Shown here one piece after another: positions 13,594 to 26,700 of a stretch of 64,000 nucleotides of DNA. The notes under the pieces are model-generated. The model was not told where the DNA came from and made no database searches. It worked only from the letters and a program-made list of their open reading frames with translations. Source of the stretch: Balanoglossus misakiensis (lineage: Eukaryota; Animalia; Hemichordata); contig CM082576.2 in NCBI GenBank assembly GCA_040954595.2, forward strand, positions 9,737,129 to 9,801,128, read 5' to 3'. The translations under genes were made by a program, and so were the position numbers. The first letter of the stretch is position 1. Each line of letters begins with the position of its first letter.

Positions 13594-13896
13594 TATTCTT
13601 CGCTATCAAATGACGTCAGACGCGCTCACGCGGCAGTTACGTTCGCATTCAAATTTCCAGATGACGGGCAACTTCAGCAACGTGGACTTACGTGGTGCAG
13701 ACAAAGACTGTGCAGACGAAATGCAATGAGGCTGATGAGGCAACATACCCGATACATGTTATGTGTTTGGCGGTTCTAAAGTAAAAACATACTCGGAAAC
13801 ACTTTTACTGGATGCCGAAATATTGCTTGCCCGTCATCTGGAAATGACTGCGCCATGTGACACATTGCCAGATCACGTGATTGATAGTAAAGAATA
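13594..13896. mobile_element. MITE/foldback-like element with nested inverted repeats
   Basis: Perfect 19-bp IR atttccagatgacgggcaa (13653-13671) / ttgcccgtcatctggaaat (13827-13845). Outer IR tattcttcgctatcaa (13594-13609) / ttgatagtaaagaata (13881-13896), 14/16 match. No transposase, and no TSD resolved. Confidence 0.55.
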
Positions 13897-16800
13897 GCCT
13901 GACAACGCCCTGATATGAGCCCTCAGTCAGCAAAATGAAAAATATGTTGGGTAATTGAATTTGCAATAGTCGCAGTGGTTATTAGCAAGCTATCCTTTCA
14001 AGTTTCAATAAAGGTGTCAACCTGACTTAGTAGCTAGCATCTGTACAAAGTGCTGCGCGTGCTGTCAGCGCGCGACGACAATCACGATTTCTGCAATTTT
14101 GATTTTTTGACCCAAGACCTTAAAATGCAATTAATAATTCACTATTGCATATCAGTGGATATTTATGCAGTCAAAGCTCATATCCGAGATCTATGCGAAA
14201 TCCATCAAGACTTTATTTGTATGAATAACACGTGTGCCCCTTTTGCCACTGTTTTACGCTCTTTTTAAACGTCACGCATGCGCAGTATTTACGTTTAGAA
14301 GGGTAATGTCAACCCCAGGGTATTGTACTCTGTTGATGTGTATAGCATTTCGTGCGACTTTCGCCATGAGTACCATAAGTCAAGATGTGTATCGTCTGCT
14401 CGCAGTGGCACATTTCGCGAGATTCCGCTTCCAAATGACCGTGCGCAGCAATCCCAAAAACGTGATTTCAACATGATCCCATACAACACTTTTTAGCATG
14501 TACCATTGTGAGCGCGAGAAGAGCCATTAACCCCAAGGTTTCTCGTTAAGTTCAACGATAACTAATAGCCTCCCCGAAGGAAAAATCAGTTTCCGACCTT
14601 CGTAGGCTTTGTACGCTGATTACTTCTTTGATTCAAGCTTTATGAGTAACTTTATGAAACGACAAGAAGAGGAAACGTGTTTTCATGATGTCTTCCATGC
14701 AAGTCGACCAGAAACAAACGGCTATATTGTATTGGGGCCTAGTTATATAGTTCGCACTCTTCCTTAACATTTTAACCAGATTTTCCCTGCCATGCACCAC
14801 GTGAAATTTACACTGATCGAATTTGGCGCACATTCTGCTGAAGACTTAATTAATATGAGCGCGAAGGGAACGGGTATTCGAAACATCAGAAGTCCCGCTC
14901 TTGATCATCATACATCAGATCGCCTGGGGTGAATGTTGCAAAACCCTGGTCTTTGGCGCGATCATGCCACCTGATCCATGTAGGCCTAAGCCCTGCGTTT
15001 CCGTCAAAAAGGCGCCGTGGGTTTTTATTGTCTTCCACGTATAAAATGATCTTCAGTTGAATATCCATATTCTATAAGGCTTAGAGTCTTGCGATTTGAT
15101 GACATGGTTCATCGTAGCCAAACTTATTCGCCAATTTCTGTGAGTAGGCGTTTTTAGTAAAAAGTGAACGAATTATCTGCTGTCAATGGAATTAGACGGG
15201 ACTGATGAATTGACCGAAGCCATATTAGCGTCTCGGTGGTGAAGTTAATTCGTTGTTCGGAAACGGTCTTTCAAATATCGCGAATTGGCATTAACTATCG
15301 GAAAACTGTCCAAGATAGGAGAAAACTCCCGCGAGATACTGCGCAAAGATTAATGTAATCTCGTTTGACAAACTGATCAACCTTGCGCGTGTTCCGAGAT
15401 TACAGTCCGAAAGTCGCTCGACATCCAAGTCTATGTAACGTTGTAGATTATAAGCTATAATCACAAGTGAAAAGACATTTATTTTTTATTTAATTATTTT
15501 TATTGGGGTGTGTGGATAAAACAGCGTTAAGAAAAATCGTCTGTTTCGGTCACTGCGACTCAGCTGCCCTATATAACATGCACATGGATTGCCTTTTTCC
15601 AGCTTCCTTCCTTCTAAGGATTCGCTGCAGTCTAACTGCAGAGGTCAGCTGGAATAAATGCAAAATGTGTTCTCTCAAAGGATATGCGTTATACCGACAA
15701 TAAAGAAAATAGTCTGCGCGTTCCCGCTTGGAGCCTCCTCCCTATTAATAACAGCCTGGAGCCGTTTTAGTTTTTTTATGAAAGTAGTGTCTCCGATTAG
15801 CCGGCGGTGGTTGTTTGAAATGGGGTTGTGTGGTTTATCTTTAAATAGGTGATCGAATTCATTACCCAACAAATAAATACGTGAGGAAGCCATCATGAAA
15901 AACGCCAGTTTTGTATTATATATAGGTTTCAATTTGGGAGCTGAAAGTGCCGATGCCATATTGACCGAAAATGGGGACCTCAACGGAATTGGTTCAGTTC
16001 TTATTAGAGTTGATTAGCTTATACATTCTGGAAGGGTAACAGTGGAAAGAAAATGGATGTCGTCAGCTTCACCTTCGAAGACCCCGGTAATTTATTCACG
16101 GGTGTACGAATCGATAACATTCCCAATTAACTCGGCAAAAGATATTAAACCCGTACTTTTACCGCCACAAGGAGTTCGCTATCCCCGGCAAATGGAGTCA
16201 TAAACGTGTTCAAATAGGTTCCCCGGGGATATGATATAAGTCAACTGCACCGAGTTTTTTTTAGCGTGTCTTATACTAACTCTTAGTCATAGACGACGCC
16301 TGGAAGCGCCTCCGAGCCGATTTGTCGAGATGTGTTGATGAAGTAAAACTCGTCTTAGCGGGGTGGACACCGCTTCGCCGTCCGTCACGCCACGTCAGCG
16401 ATTGCCTAATCTCGAAAAATTGTACGAGCGGCAGTTCAATTAGGCTCGGTCCCGGTTTCTTATCAGAGCACTCAAGAAAATATTCTTTGTATGGAGTGTT
16501 CAGCGTCGGTGATTTATCGAGGGAAGTGAGCGTGGAGCTGACAGAAACTAGATAATGACGGTAACGAAAGAGGTGCTTCAATCACCGCGTATATTATGGT
16601 AACGCCGACCGGTACACTGGTTATAGGGTACCTGGTAAACAGAGAACGCCCCTATCGGTCATTCTGAGGTCGGATTGCCTGTTGGAGTAATTACCAACGC
16701 GACACGGTAATATACGCGTGTCTTCTAAATCTAGAGACTTTTAATAAAACGGGGAGTATTGTAGTTCGAATTGAAATTGGGTCAGCCATATTATTCTCGG

Positions 16801-17204
16801 CAATTCTTATCTGCCCGTCAACCTTTCTTCACTGAGGCGTGTCTCGTTCTGAGAGGAAGTAATTCCCAAACTAAAGTTGATTGGTTGGTTGGGAAGACGA
16901 ATTGGGCAGTGACTGGGGGGGGGGGGGGCTTCCAACATCAGCAGTCTAATTGCTAAATATTGGGAGGTGATTCGTACACTGGCGTTTACCCGGGCGAAAA
17001 CACGGCGGTCACTGCGATATATAATTGCCTTGGACGATGACAGCATCGACACGGAGGTGTGAGCTTCCCTGCATTATTATCCAACTCATGTGCTTGCCAA
17101 ATGCACATCTCTCAAATTGACATCTTCAGGTACAATCATCGGATTTAACATCAGTTCGACATACCATCAAATTGCTACTTTTAGTGATGTTTAAATAAAT
17201 CGCG

Positions 17205-17430
17205 AGGCAGCCAATCGTTTGCGGTCATCTGAGGAGCGTTTCTCTCCCCCCCCTCCTCCCCTTCCCTCCCCTCGGAGGTTCGCCATCCCCGAAAAAAAAC
17301 ACAAGGAGGGATGCCGCGCCGCAGTGGTTAAAATATTCATCGCGGGAGCGCGCGTAAAATATGGGCGGTGTCTTGTAACTGCAGAAAGGTAATGTGTTTA
17401 AATCCCCTCTACAAGCAACGTCAGTATTCA
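17205..17430 (+). promoter_or_regulatory. Putative TMEM151 core promoter
   Basis: GCAGCCAATCG (NF-Y-type CCAAT box, CCAAT at 17211), C-rich tract ~17240-17272, GC box GGGCGG 17363-17368, Inr-like TCAGT 17421-17425, followed by a strong donor AAG|GTAGGT at 17644/17645. Confidence 0.45.
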
Positions 17431-17479
17431 CGAAGAGCTGGGTACACATGTCGCGCTAAGTAGTCGAGGGAATTCAACT

Positions 17480-17644
17480 ATGCGGCTACGGCTCTGTACG
17501 CATGTCAATGAAAGCGGCAGCATTTTAATGACTTCGCGTGACCTTACATCAGATAGAATACTTGGTGCGGATGACGGGAGTACTGTCCTCCTCGACCGTG
17601 AGAACGCGATGCTATTCCGACGCGCTCGGCACACCGTCTCCAAG
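17480..17644 (+). CDS. Putative first exon of the TMEM151 gene (in-frame N-terminal extension or 5' UTR)
   Basis: ATG 17480 is open for exactly 55 codons to the donor AAG|GTAGGT (phase 0), matching the phase-0 acceptor at 18435. Confidence 0.35.
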
Positions 17645-18435
17645 GTAGGTTTCTCCGCTTAATCGTGTGTGGCAGTCAGTCTGTGCGGCTTCGAGTCTTG
17701 CGTCTTGACGCGCAAATCTGCCTTCGCCCTGGGTTCACATATTCACGTATGTAGGTAAACCTTGCGAGTCGACTAAAAACCAATTCTTATATTATATCAA
17801 CACTCTTCTGCATGTAGCATTTGGTGTCTATCTTCCAGCAAGGGACGTGCATCGCGGATGATAAATTGAGATGAGGCTGTGTCAACTGCAGAAAGGTTTT
17901 TAAAACGACGGCCAGGCTTCCGCTCAGAAATTGATTATCGACCAACTTGGCCTGCGTGCGTACAGTCAAAATGCTATAGTGAACGGCCCGAGTCGAAGGA
18001 TTGGCGTGTTTATTATAAGGCCTAATGGGGAACAACGTGCTTCGCCCGCCTTTGACCGGTTTCTTTGCTCGATAATTACATATTTATTATACTTTCCTCT
18101 TTTAACGTAGAGAATGGTAATTGGGGACGACACAAACGAAGGCATTTAATGAAGAGATATCTTCGGAGTGCGTTAGCCGTCCACTGTTAGAGTTCCCTTT
18201 TTTCAGAATTTCTTCGCCCCGGAATAATTTATTGTGATGCAGTGAATGATGTGAAGAGGCAACCCAGGTCCCCTGCTACTCTGTGTGATGACTCTTCGTA
18301 GGAGACGGTGGATTTTAGTCGGCGAGACAAAGCTCGGGTAATTGACACTACTTTCTCGCTAACGAGATCACAAGTGCCGTTGCCATCACTTCGACGAAAC
18401 ATCCGGCTTCTTCTCTCGCTGTTACTGCTGTGCAG

Positions 18436-18561
18436 GATCTGGAAAAAGCCGCGGACGGACGTAGACGGCGTGCCGAAAAGCAGTTGCGACGTGAAGAGAG
18501 AAATGTCGAAATTTCTACCCGCCCTCGAAAAATGAACAATGCCACGGAAAACCAACACGAG
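18436..18561 (+). CDS. Putative second exon of the TMEM151 gene (contains in-frame ATG 18532, MNNATENQHE)
   Basis: Acceptor ...ctgctgtgcag|GAT, 126 nt open in phase 0, donor GAG|GTGAGT; splices in frame to 34957 (…QHE|TRPIRQ…), resembling the vertebrate junction just before 'RP.KQS'. Confidence 0.6.
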
Positions 18562-20310
18562 GTGAGTCGGTCTTGATATCAACTATACCCGTCTCCTGCG
18601 CACCCACCTGTCCACTTCAGCCCTGATTTATTCCGTCAAGAATTCCCCCGTCTATTTATCGTAGTCGAAAATGTTATAGCGAGCGCTACTCAGACAGTAC
18701 TCGATAGACAGCCAGCTCCCATATCCGTGACAATCACACTGTCCTATATCGGCGTTTATTTAGTTCCATTTATTAGCCTTCCCACGGTGCATTCTGCGAT
18801 GGCAGATGTGTCCAAGACACTGACGATCAAATTCGTGTTTTTACGTCACTGTTTTTTTTTATCAGGACGGAGGCAGAGTGGCTGCGTCGAGTCTGCCTGC
18901 TTTTAGCGCTATCGTGTGCGCGCACGCACGCGTTCGAGAATCTTCAATGTAAACGCAATATATTGCCGGGCAAATTTGTTGAACGGCATCGGGCAATAAA
19001 TGTGTGTGCAAAAATAATCCGGCTCACACGCAGCGATTCATGCTCGGCTCCGTGATGTTTGCTATGTACTCGTGTGGCGAAGAATGGACCTGTTCAAGCG
19101 TTACCAGATTGAGCTGAGTGGATGTTTCAATATTAAACATCTTTTTTTTGCAACGGCGTTCCCAATTGTCACAAGCCGAGAAGGTTTCTTTCGCACTGGT
19201 GACCTGACATGTCGGCAGTGTGTTATTCGCGTGCTCGCGCTCGCCACAGCAACGACAACAACAGCTAATGCCTTCTTGAACCCATTCAATATGCTCTCAG
19301 AAAATAAGCAAAAAAAACGTTTTTGGACACTGGCACGATACATATTGTACTGCGCCACGGGCATCCGCCAATCAGACATATATTCAATACCGCGGCCAGT
19401 ACATTCGTTTCTTCTGCTTTTTTACGACCTACACCGCATAATATACCTTTTCATCACCTTGCGAAGACACGCCGTGAATGACCGATAATTTCCTCCCGGC
19501 TTCACCTTAAAACCCTGGGTGTACAGAAGCGGGTTTTGTATTGCTGGTGATAATTGGCGAACTGGCTGCTCCGCTTTCTGCCTGGTGCGTGTCACACGCT
19601 GTGATGAATCCAGTTTAAATGGGGGAGACGTAAGGAATCCATTTATTCATCGGATACTTAGTGGCTGATTCAATACACCTCGCCAAGCGATTCTTTCACT
19701 TGTTTTACGTCCACGGAGCGATTATCAATCAAATCAATCAATGTCCCTTCAGGGTTTGGCGACTCAAATCGAAGCCGACGTCACCGCGTCGATACGTTTT
19801 ACCGAGTATTTCACTCATTTTCCTATTATGTTCTGCAGCACTTTACGAATCAATTTAAACAACTTGAAGGTAAACTATTAAACAATGGTAGGGCCCTATA
19901 GATGTTGAGACTCGGAACAACAACTAGCTTTCAATCTCTGCAGGGCCTCGGCAACCTGTCCACAGGGCATTCTTTCAAATCCGAATCTCTGCGCGCAATA
20001 TTGCGTGACTCGAGCCATGGGTGGACTCTATCTTTCTGCGAGCGTTTTGCGGTACAAATCGATAAGCTTGATTGCGATTCTGAGCGCACGTGCGTGATGT
20101 CCGCAACGCCCCGCGTGACTTGACGATAGTCACGTCCACACACGATATGATGTCCAGCCACAAAACACAACCCAATTAACAGGCTTCTTCACGTGACGAA
20201 ACGGCTGCATGATTACATCATTATCGGTTACTTGCATTCTCAACAAGGTCTTTAAATAACCGCGACAACTCGACATGTCACATGGCTCGGCACTAGTCAC
20301 TTCCGTGCTA

Positions 20311-20350
20311 TCAATCAATCAATCAATCGATTGACCGATCAATCAATCAA
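20311..20350. repeat. Interrupted (ATCA)n microsatellite
   Basis: tcaatcaatcaatcaatcgattgaccgatcaatcaatcaa. Confidence 0.75.
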
Positions 20351-20605
20351 ATTACCAAGGCCAAAGTTTATAAGGCACTGATATCAAGAAACAATGTTAT
20401 GCGCGCGGCAAGCCATGCATGTAAATTGCATTCGCCTGTAACATATTCCTATACTTTAATATATCTGGAATTGCCTTTTAGTAGGCTAAATGTCTCGTCA
20501 TCATATGTATCACAGAAATAAAACAATTCAGGAGAAAACTGAATTTGCCATATTTTAATTTACTTATTCTTAAAAGTATACATTCGCCTATACAAATTTA
20601 GCAAC

Positions 20606-20649
20606 AGCTGAGATCTAGCCAATCACAGATTTTCAATGGGTGGCCATGC
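20606..20649 (+). repeat. Dispersed repeat copy A (inverted relative to 42914-42957)
   Basis: agctgagatctagccaatcacagattttcaatgggtggccatgc matches the reverse complement of 42914-42957 at 39/44 nt by manual alignment. Confidence 0.75.
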
Positions 20650-21460
20650 GGAAAAAAAGCGCCACCACATGGTCATTCGATGACTTAGACATGTCCATAT
20701 TGGCATATGCAAAGTAGAAGTGATTCAACTTGGAATCCTTCAACTACTTTTCTCCCCTTGCATTCACACATTTCATGTGGCCTATGACCTCCAAACGGCT
20801 AGCTTGAAAGTACTAAGCCATTAATGTGATTTTCCTCACTTCAGTGGGAATGTTGTGTTTGCTTGGGTAGATATCATTTGAATATACAGTGAAATTTGAT
20901 ATATATTCTGACCACACAAAGGCGATATTCAACTTGCGTCCTAAACTTGTGAGAGAAAGTGCTGTATCTTCAGTTTTTCTCCATTGCTTCAAGCAAGCAC
21001 ATATGTTTCTTTGACGTTTTTGAGTAGTTCATGACTTTTTCAAGAAAACGATATTTTAACGGAGGTTTCTTGCATTTCTACATACAAAATTATGGAATGG
21101 GATGGCCACGCATTATCCCTGGATAATCTCCAACCCATAATGGGAATTTGGGGTATCACTCTGCAGGTGGTCCATTTATGCCACGTGATACTATTTTTCA
21201 ACCCGACAAAGGAATGGTTGGCGCCACGGTTCGACTTCCCAACACCAGGATCTCTTGACGGTCGCTCGTTTGTGGCCTTCCCGATGCGCAGACGACGTTT
21301 TACGACGCCCGACTCATGAATATTCATGAGGGAGAGGTGTATTTGTCGTCTCGATGTCATTTTTTATGAGACTGGCTTATATTATCCTTGGTGAAGACAG
21401 GTGCAGGTTGCTAGCTGCTTTGCGTCTTCTGATTGGCTGCATCTTTTTCTCGAAATTTAC

Positions 21461-21514
21461 ACTAAATTATTGAAAATTTAAACTAAATTTTGAATATTTA
21501 AACTAAATTTTGAA
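21461..21514. repeat. AT-rich ~20-bp tandem repeat, ~2.7 copies
   Basis: actaaattattgaaaattta / aactaaattttgaatattta / aactaaattttgaa. Confidence 0.8.
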
Positions 21515-23613
21515 ACAAATTCTACCAGAACCATTTTCATATATTATGGTCTGCTTAAAAGTGTAATAAGTTGATACAAATACAGCTCAGAAGACTCACG
21601 TGACAATGCTGAACAAGCTAGTGGCCACACTGAATATATGAGCATTGCATGCAGGGAATCAACAAAACTCTGGTCAGACTGCTCATTTTCCCAGCGACAA
21701 CACGGGCGTCGGAATAACTTCATCAGCGTCAGCGACGAATGCTTGGCCAGAGAGCGCTGCACAAGCCCTATCAAAAGAATTAAAAGTAGGCTTGGAAGAA
21801 GCATTAAACTAATTTGCTGAATCCAATACTCTTCCTGTAAGTACAGGGCGCGCGCAAACGATTTGTAATTTCCCGGCAGCGCCTACTTCTGTTTTGCACA
21901 TCTGAGCAGAAAGCGTCGAGGTATCAGAGATTAATTTTCTGTGTCGAGCCTTTCTGAAGCCGATGCGGTTCACGTAGACCATGCCGTGCAGGTGATCGTT
22001 CAGTATACTCGGATCCCCCCTGGGGTCAATAATTGGACCCCAAGAGGTCTTAGATTCTCTGAAAGTAGGCACACCTTGTAGGCAAAGAACTTGAGCTGCC
22101 TGATTGGTTGACTGTATAATGAGTCTCTTAAAGTGACGGTGTGTTTGTGTGTGGACGGTGGCGGTTCATTTTTACGTGCTGCAAACAGCCACTTTTTCAT
22201 GCAATAAAGAAGTTTCCAATCAATTTAGCAGAATTTTGGCAGAATCATACAAGCACCGACACAAAGCACGCTTTCCCGAAAAGTATTTTTACTGTTTATT
22301 AGATATCGTCAATAAGCTCCACAGACATTTGGCAGTCATTTCAATTGAGAAAATTTGACTCTTTAATACTTGTATTCATTTCTGCATAGTGGCCCCTATT
22401 TTTATTCCCAATTTTAAGAGAGAATAATTTAAAATTGTCTTGAACAAACTATGAGAAAGTGTTCACTTAGACTTTTATTGTCGATGCGCATGCTACCTTA
22501 AAATTGACTCGGGCGACCGCGGAAGTGAGATAATTGATGAGCCACGAAGCGATAACACCGAATTCTGCTTTTGTTGCTTTATAATAATAGGTGTCGCTTG
22601 AATGAGAGAGAAAAAGAAAATTAAATCGATATTTTTGTGACAGTTATGTCGAACGATGCAGCTGCTGGGCCCCCGAGAAACAGAAAGCACAGCTCTATAT
22701 ACAAAAGAGTGAAATTGGAAAGAATGACATAAGCAAAGAAAACGTAACGTTGTTTGTTTCCGTCATTCGCAAATAAAACTAATCCAATCGTACCGTTTTT
22801 TCGAAGACATTTAATTACGTTTAACACATCTAATTAGATTTTGATCGTATTCACAATCAGCCTTGATTACCGCGCGAAGTGTTTCCACAAACCGCGCGAT
22901 GCAGTACAGTTGAGCCGGAAACGCGCGCACAATCCGAAATATAAATCAATTTGATCTCGTCCGACCGTATTGCTGCTCGCTGAAGTCGTTCTTTCAAAGT
23001 CGCCCTATTAGATTTTCTTTTATTCTTCGCCGGAAACCCAGTGCCACGTCTGACATTTACGTCATCGTTAGGGAACACTTTCGTTCAAATTTTCCGTGCA
23101 ATTGCAAGACTTAAAAGTCGTTTTTATTTCTTGTCTCTCGCATACAAGAGTACACACGCACCACTAGTTTGCCACAGCAGTGAGTCTACGCATGCGTGGG
23201 ACGTACAAGACGTGATTTAGTTTCATCGTCAAAATAATCGAATCATCGTCTCATTACGTCTCGTGAATTATGTTAAGACATACTTTATTTACCAACAGTT
23301 CAATTATTTCCAGCGTGTAGAATAGCATAATGAGTTTTGATGCACGAACTTGAAAAGTTATATGACACTCGGGGATGATGTCCATTGAGAGTGTTGCATC
23401 ATGGGACAGTACAGTCTTTGCTTTGTTGTATGTGCTCATTTATTTATGACCACAGACGTAGTGCCCATGTCATAACAGACAACCCTACTGTACATATAGC
23501 ATAACATAACATGCTAACTATTTCGAACTTTTATTTATGTGACAAATAGATTTGTATCTGATTTCAATATCAATCTAATTTGAATCTGATTTCTGATTCC
23601 TATATTGTGCCAA

Positions 23614-23700
23614 CAGACAACAGACAGATAGATAGATAGATAGACTGACTGGCTGTCTACATCGATTAGTTCCCGTGTGTGAACACGGGAGCTGAAAACC
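23614..23700 (+). mobile_element. Possible 3' end remnant of a HINE/Helentron-like non-autonomous element
   Basis: (CAGA/TAGA)n microsatellite followed by the stem-loop agttcccgtgt-GTGA-acacgggagct (23668-23693) and gaaaa; this microsatellite + 3' hairpin layout is typical of DINE-1/pearl/HINE-like elements. Confidence 0.4.
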
Positions 23701-26700
23701 AGTGGCCACCATCCAAATAATTACGTTTTACTGCCAGTTTACCTCAAATAAACCAATGTTTGAAATTAAAAGTAACCGACAACCTCCCTGTAAGCTCTAA
23801 GGGGAAAGGAAACCGAAATGTTGATTTTTTTTCTACTAGTGCGTACATCACAAAATATGACCACAGCGCATTTGTCCCGAACGTCGAATACTGATTGAGA
23901 CGTGCAGTGCAACTGCAGAAGTCTCTCCGTCTCGGGTCTAGTCATCATCCGCTGATAAACCCACGGCATGCTCGAGGCCATAACTGTGTCATGAAGACAG
24001 AATTACAACCGAATTCCCTGCTCGTAATAATGTCAATGAAATTGTTGGCTTGCCCTCGCAAGCGAGGCGTTTATCTGATGCATTCACATCCAGGAGTATT
24101 TTATGGCTTCACTTTGAAATTTCGGGATGACGTTTGGGATAGCAGAATCTTGATTGAAAATGAATAATAAATGGTTGCGAAGGCAGCGCGTGTGCCCAAA
24201 GGCAATTCAAAAGTCTATACGACGCCGGATCAACCCATGACTTAAAACTATAATACACAGTATTACATGACACCACGAAAAGTAAACATTGGAAATTAAT
24301 GTTTTATTTAAATCATGGGCCCGAGTATGATGAAATAAAGGCGTATTGGGAAAAGCAATTTTTCTATACCGTTCTTGTAATAGTGCTTTGGGGGATGTTT
24401 TGTTGGTCATGAAAATGGCCATAAAAGTAGACTGCCATACCTTCTTGTGTAGTTTAGGGGTCACCTGAGTTGTCGTAAAAGCTCTGAATCACCCAAGCAG
24501 TCCTGTGCCAGGATTAACGGTTCCGGTCAACAGACAGTAGGCTACACTCCTTGAATATTCGTTTAGTCGGGGGCAATATGCTATGACTAGTATACAATCG
24601 TCCGGGCGTGTTTGTCACCATAACTCTATCGTCAGAACCGACACATCCCTTTCAAATATATTCATGGGATCATAGTTCAGATCAAGATGGGTTTCGAGTG
24701 AACGCCTTTTACAGCATAGCGTCGACTTATAAATTCAACATGGAAATCCAGATTGACTCGGATACTTAAATTGAACCACATATTCTGCCCTTTCATTTTA
24801 AGTCGGGGGATATCTACTTGATTGCGATTTGTAAGCCTCTTTTGGTGACGTCATTTTCTGAAAGGAAAACGTAAGACTCGGCTAGGAACTCTCTCTTTTG
24901 TTGGTGTATTCTGCCAAATCCGACTCAGTTTGCACTTTCCCTGTAATAACGGCTTGAAATCTCACAAATACTGATCGCATCTTCTCTCTCGCGCGCGAAA
25001 TGATGGTTTAAAGGAATAGAACTTCTCACAATTTGCACAAAGTGCCTGGCCAGGTGTAATCCCTTTGTCGCGTGGAACGTATTAGTTTGGGTATTGTATG
25101 AAAGCAACAGCGAACAGAGCCCACAATAAGAAGCTCCCTATTCATCTTTATGTTGTCGCGCGCGCATCTGCTCGTTTCATTTTCAAGCAAACTGCTGTCC
25201 CTTTTACGGCTTCTGAGGAAAGGACGGCTTTTGCGGATTTCAGAGGATTCCGTACACTGTAACAGTGTTATGACACGTTCGCAGGGAAGATTCAATAGCA
25301 GTACGCGTGTGCTGGGAGGGGAAGGTATTTCCTTTCGACGGACTTGATGAGTATATGCGACAGAACATCCGAGGTCACCGCGTGGTACTGGGCAATCAGA
25401 TTTTTATCAGGAAGCCCTACAAAGATGATGTACTGCAACAGCATTCCGTTTAACGTTCTCACTTAACAATATTGATTGTTTACAAAGGTATCTGTATAAT
25501 TGACGATTCCCCAATGCAGAAAACGCTCAGATCGAAACATATCGTTGTTTAGTTTAAAACGGAGATTAGAGCGAGAGTGAGCGCGGTCTTTCGTTTGTCA
25601 TAAAGTTGGGCAACGTCTGCTATGACCATTCCAGTCCTCTGTATCATCCGAGCATTTATGAAAAGCTGTTATATCGATTTAAGAATACACAAGATTGCGG
25701 TTATGTCTTGATGCCAGTGGAAAGAAACACGTTATGCAGCAGTGCATCTCAGTTTTTATACTCACAAAAAGGGCCGAGGATCTGGTCCCGTGATGGAGAA
25801 ATTTGGAGCAGCAGCATTAGCCGCACTAAAGCAGCGATATTCCAGGCAGGTATTGCGTCGAGCAGCGACAATTGAAAGTTAATTTTGAAAATGAATAAAA
25901 ATGTACCTAAACCCCTTGGTGATACAGACGAGAATGCATCGGCAACCGAGGCAATTTCACGGGGCATTATCACACCGGCGAATAAATGCAAAATATGTTA
26001 ATGTGCATTTATGCATTTCAGAAACGATTTCATTTCATAATGGCTTAATCAGTTCCTTTTCTCATTCCGTTTCTCCATATACCCAATTAACTCCCCATCG
26101 AATATGATATCGGCGGAGCTCGAGTCTCGTCGCGCTAAATGCAAATTCTTGCCGACCCGGCCCCTCCCCCAAAGACTTCTGCGTCAGAATCTAATTCACG
26201 TCCTATTCTGATACCTTCAAGGTCTCGCCAAATTTTCTTCATCAAATTATGGTATTGGAAATTCTGCTTATTTATACCCGGGGCGAAGTATTATTTCCAT
26301 TAAGACGCTGTGTCAAGGAAGTTTCTTTAAGGTCTGTGCATTGACCATGCACCGTTTCAGTATTTGGAGATATTTAGAGATGTCGATTTACAAGACATAC
26401 ATCGTACCAAAAGACATTTCTCAATTTCTTGTGAAAATATGCTAATTTGCGTATTATTTAATGAAATGTCTGCAATTAGTGATATAAATCCACTGAGAGT
26501 TCCTGACCCAATTTGGTGAAGGCTTGCTACAGATATTAATCTCAGCGGGAGTATTGCCAACTGACTTTTCATTTGCATGTTTAATTCGGCTTTGACTTAG
26601 GGATGTTTGCCGCACTACTGGGACAAGAGTTTTTGAAACTTGCCTGCAATAACATAATACAGTTACTGTAGTGATCCATATCAGAATATAATGACGCATA

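Noticed and set aside
21200-21245. B-box-like GGTTCGACTTCC suggesting a tRNA or tRNA-derived SINE
   Set aside because: No properly spaced A box and no cloverleaf.
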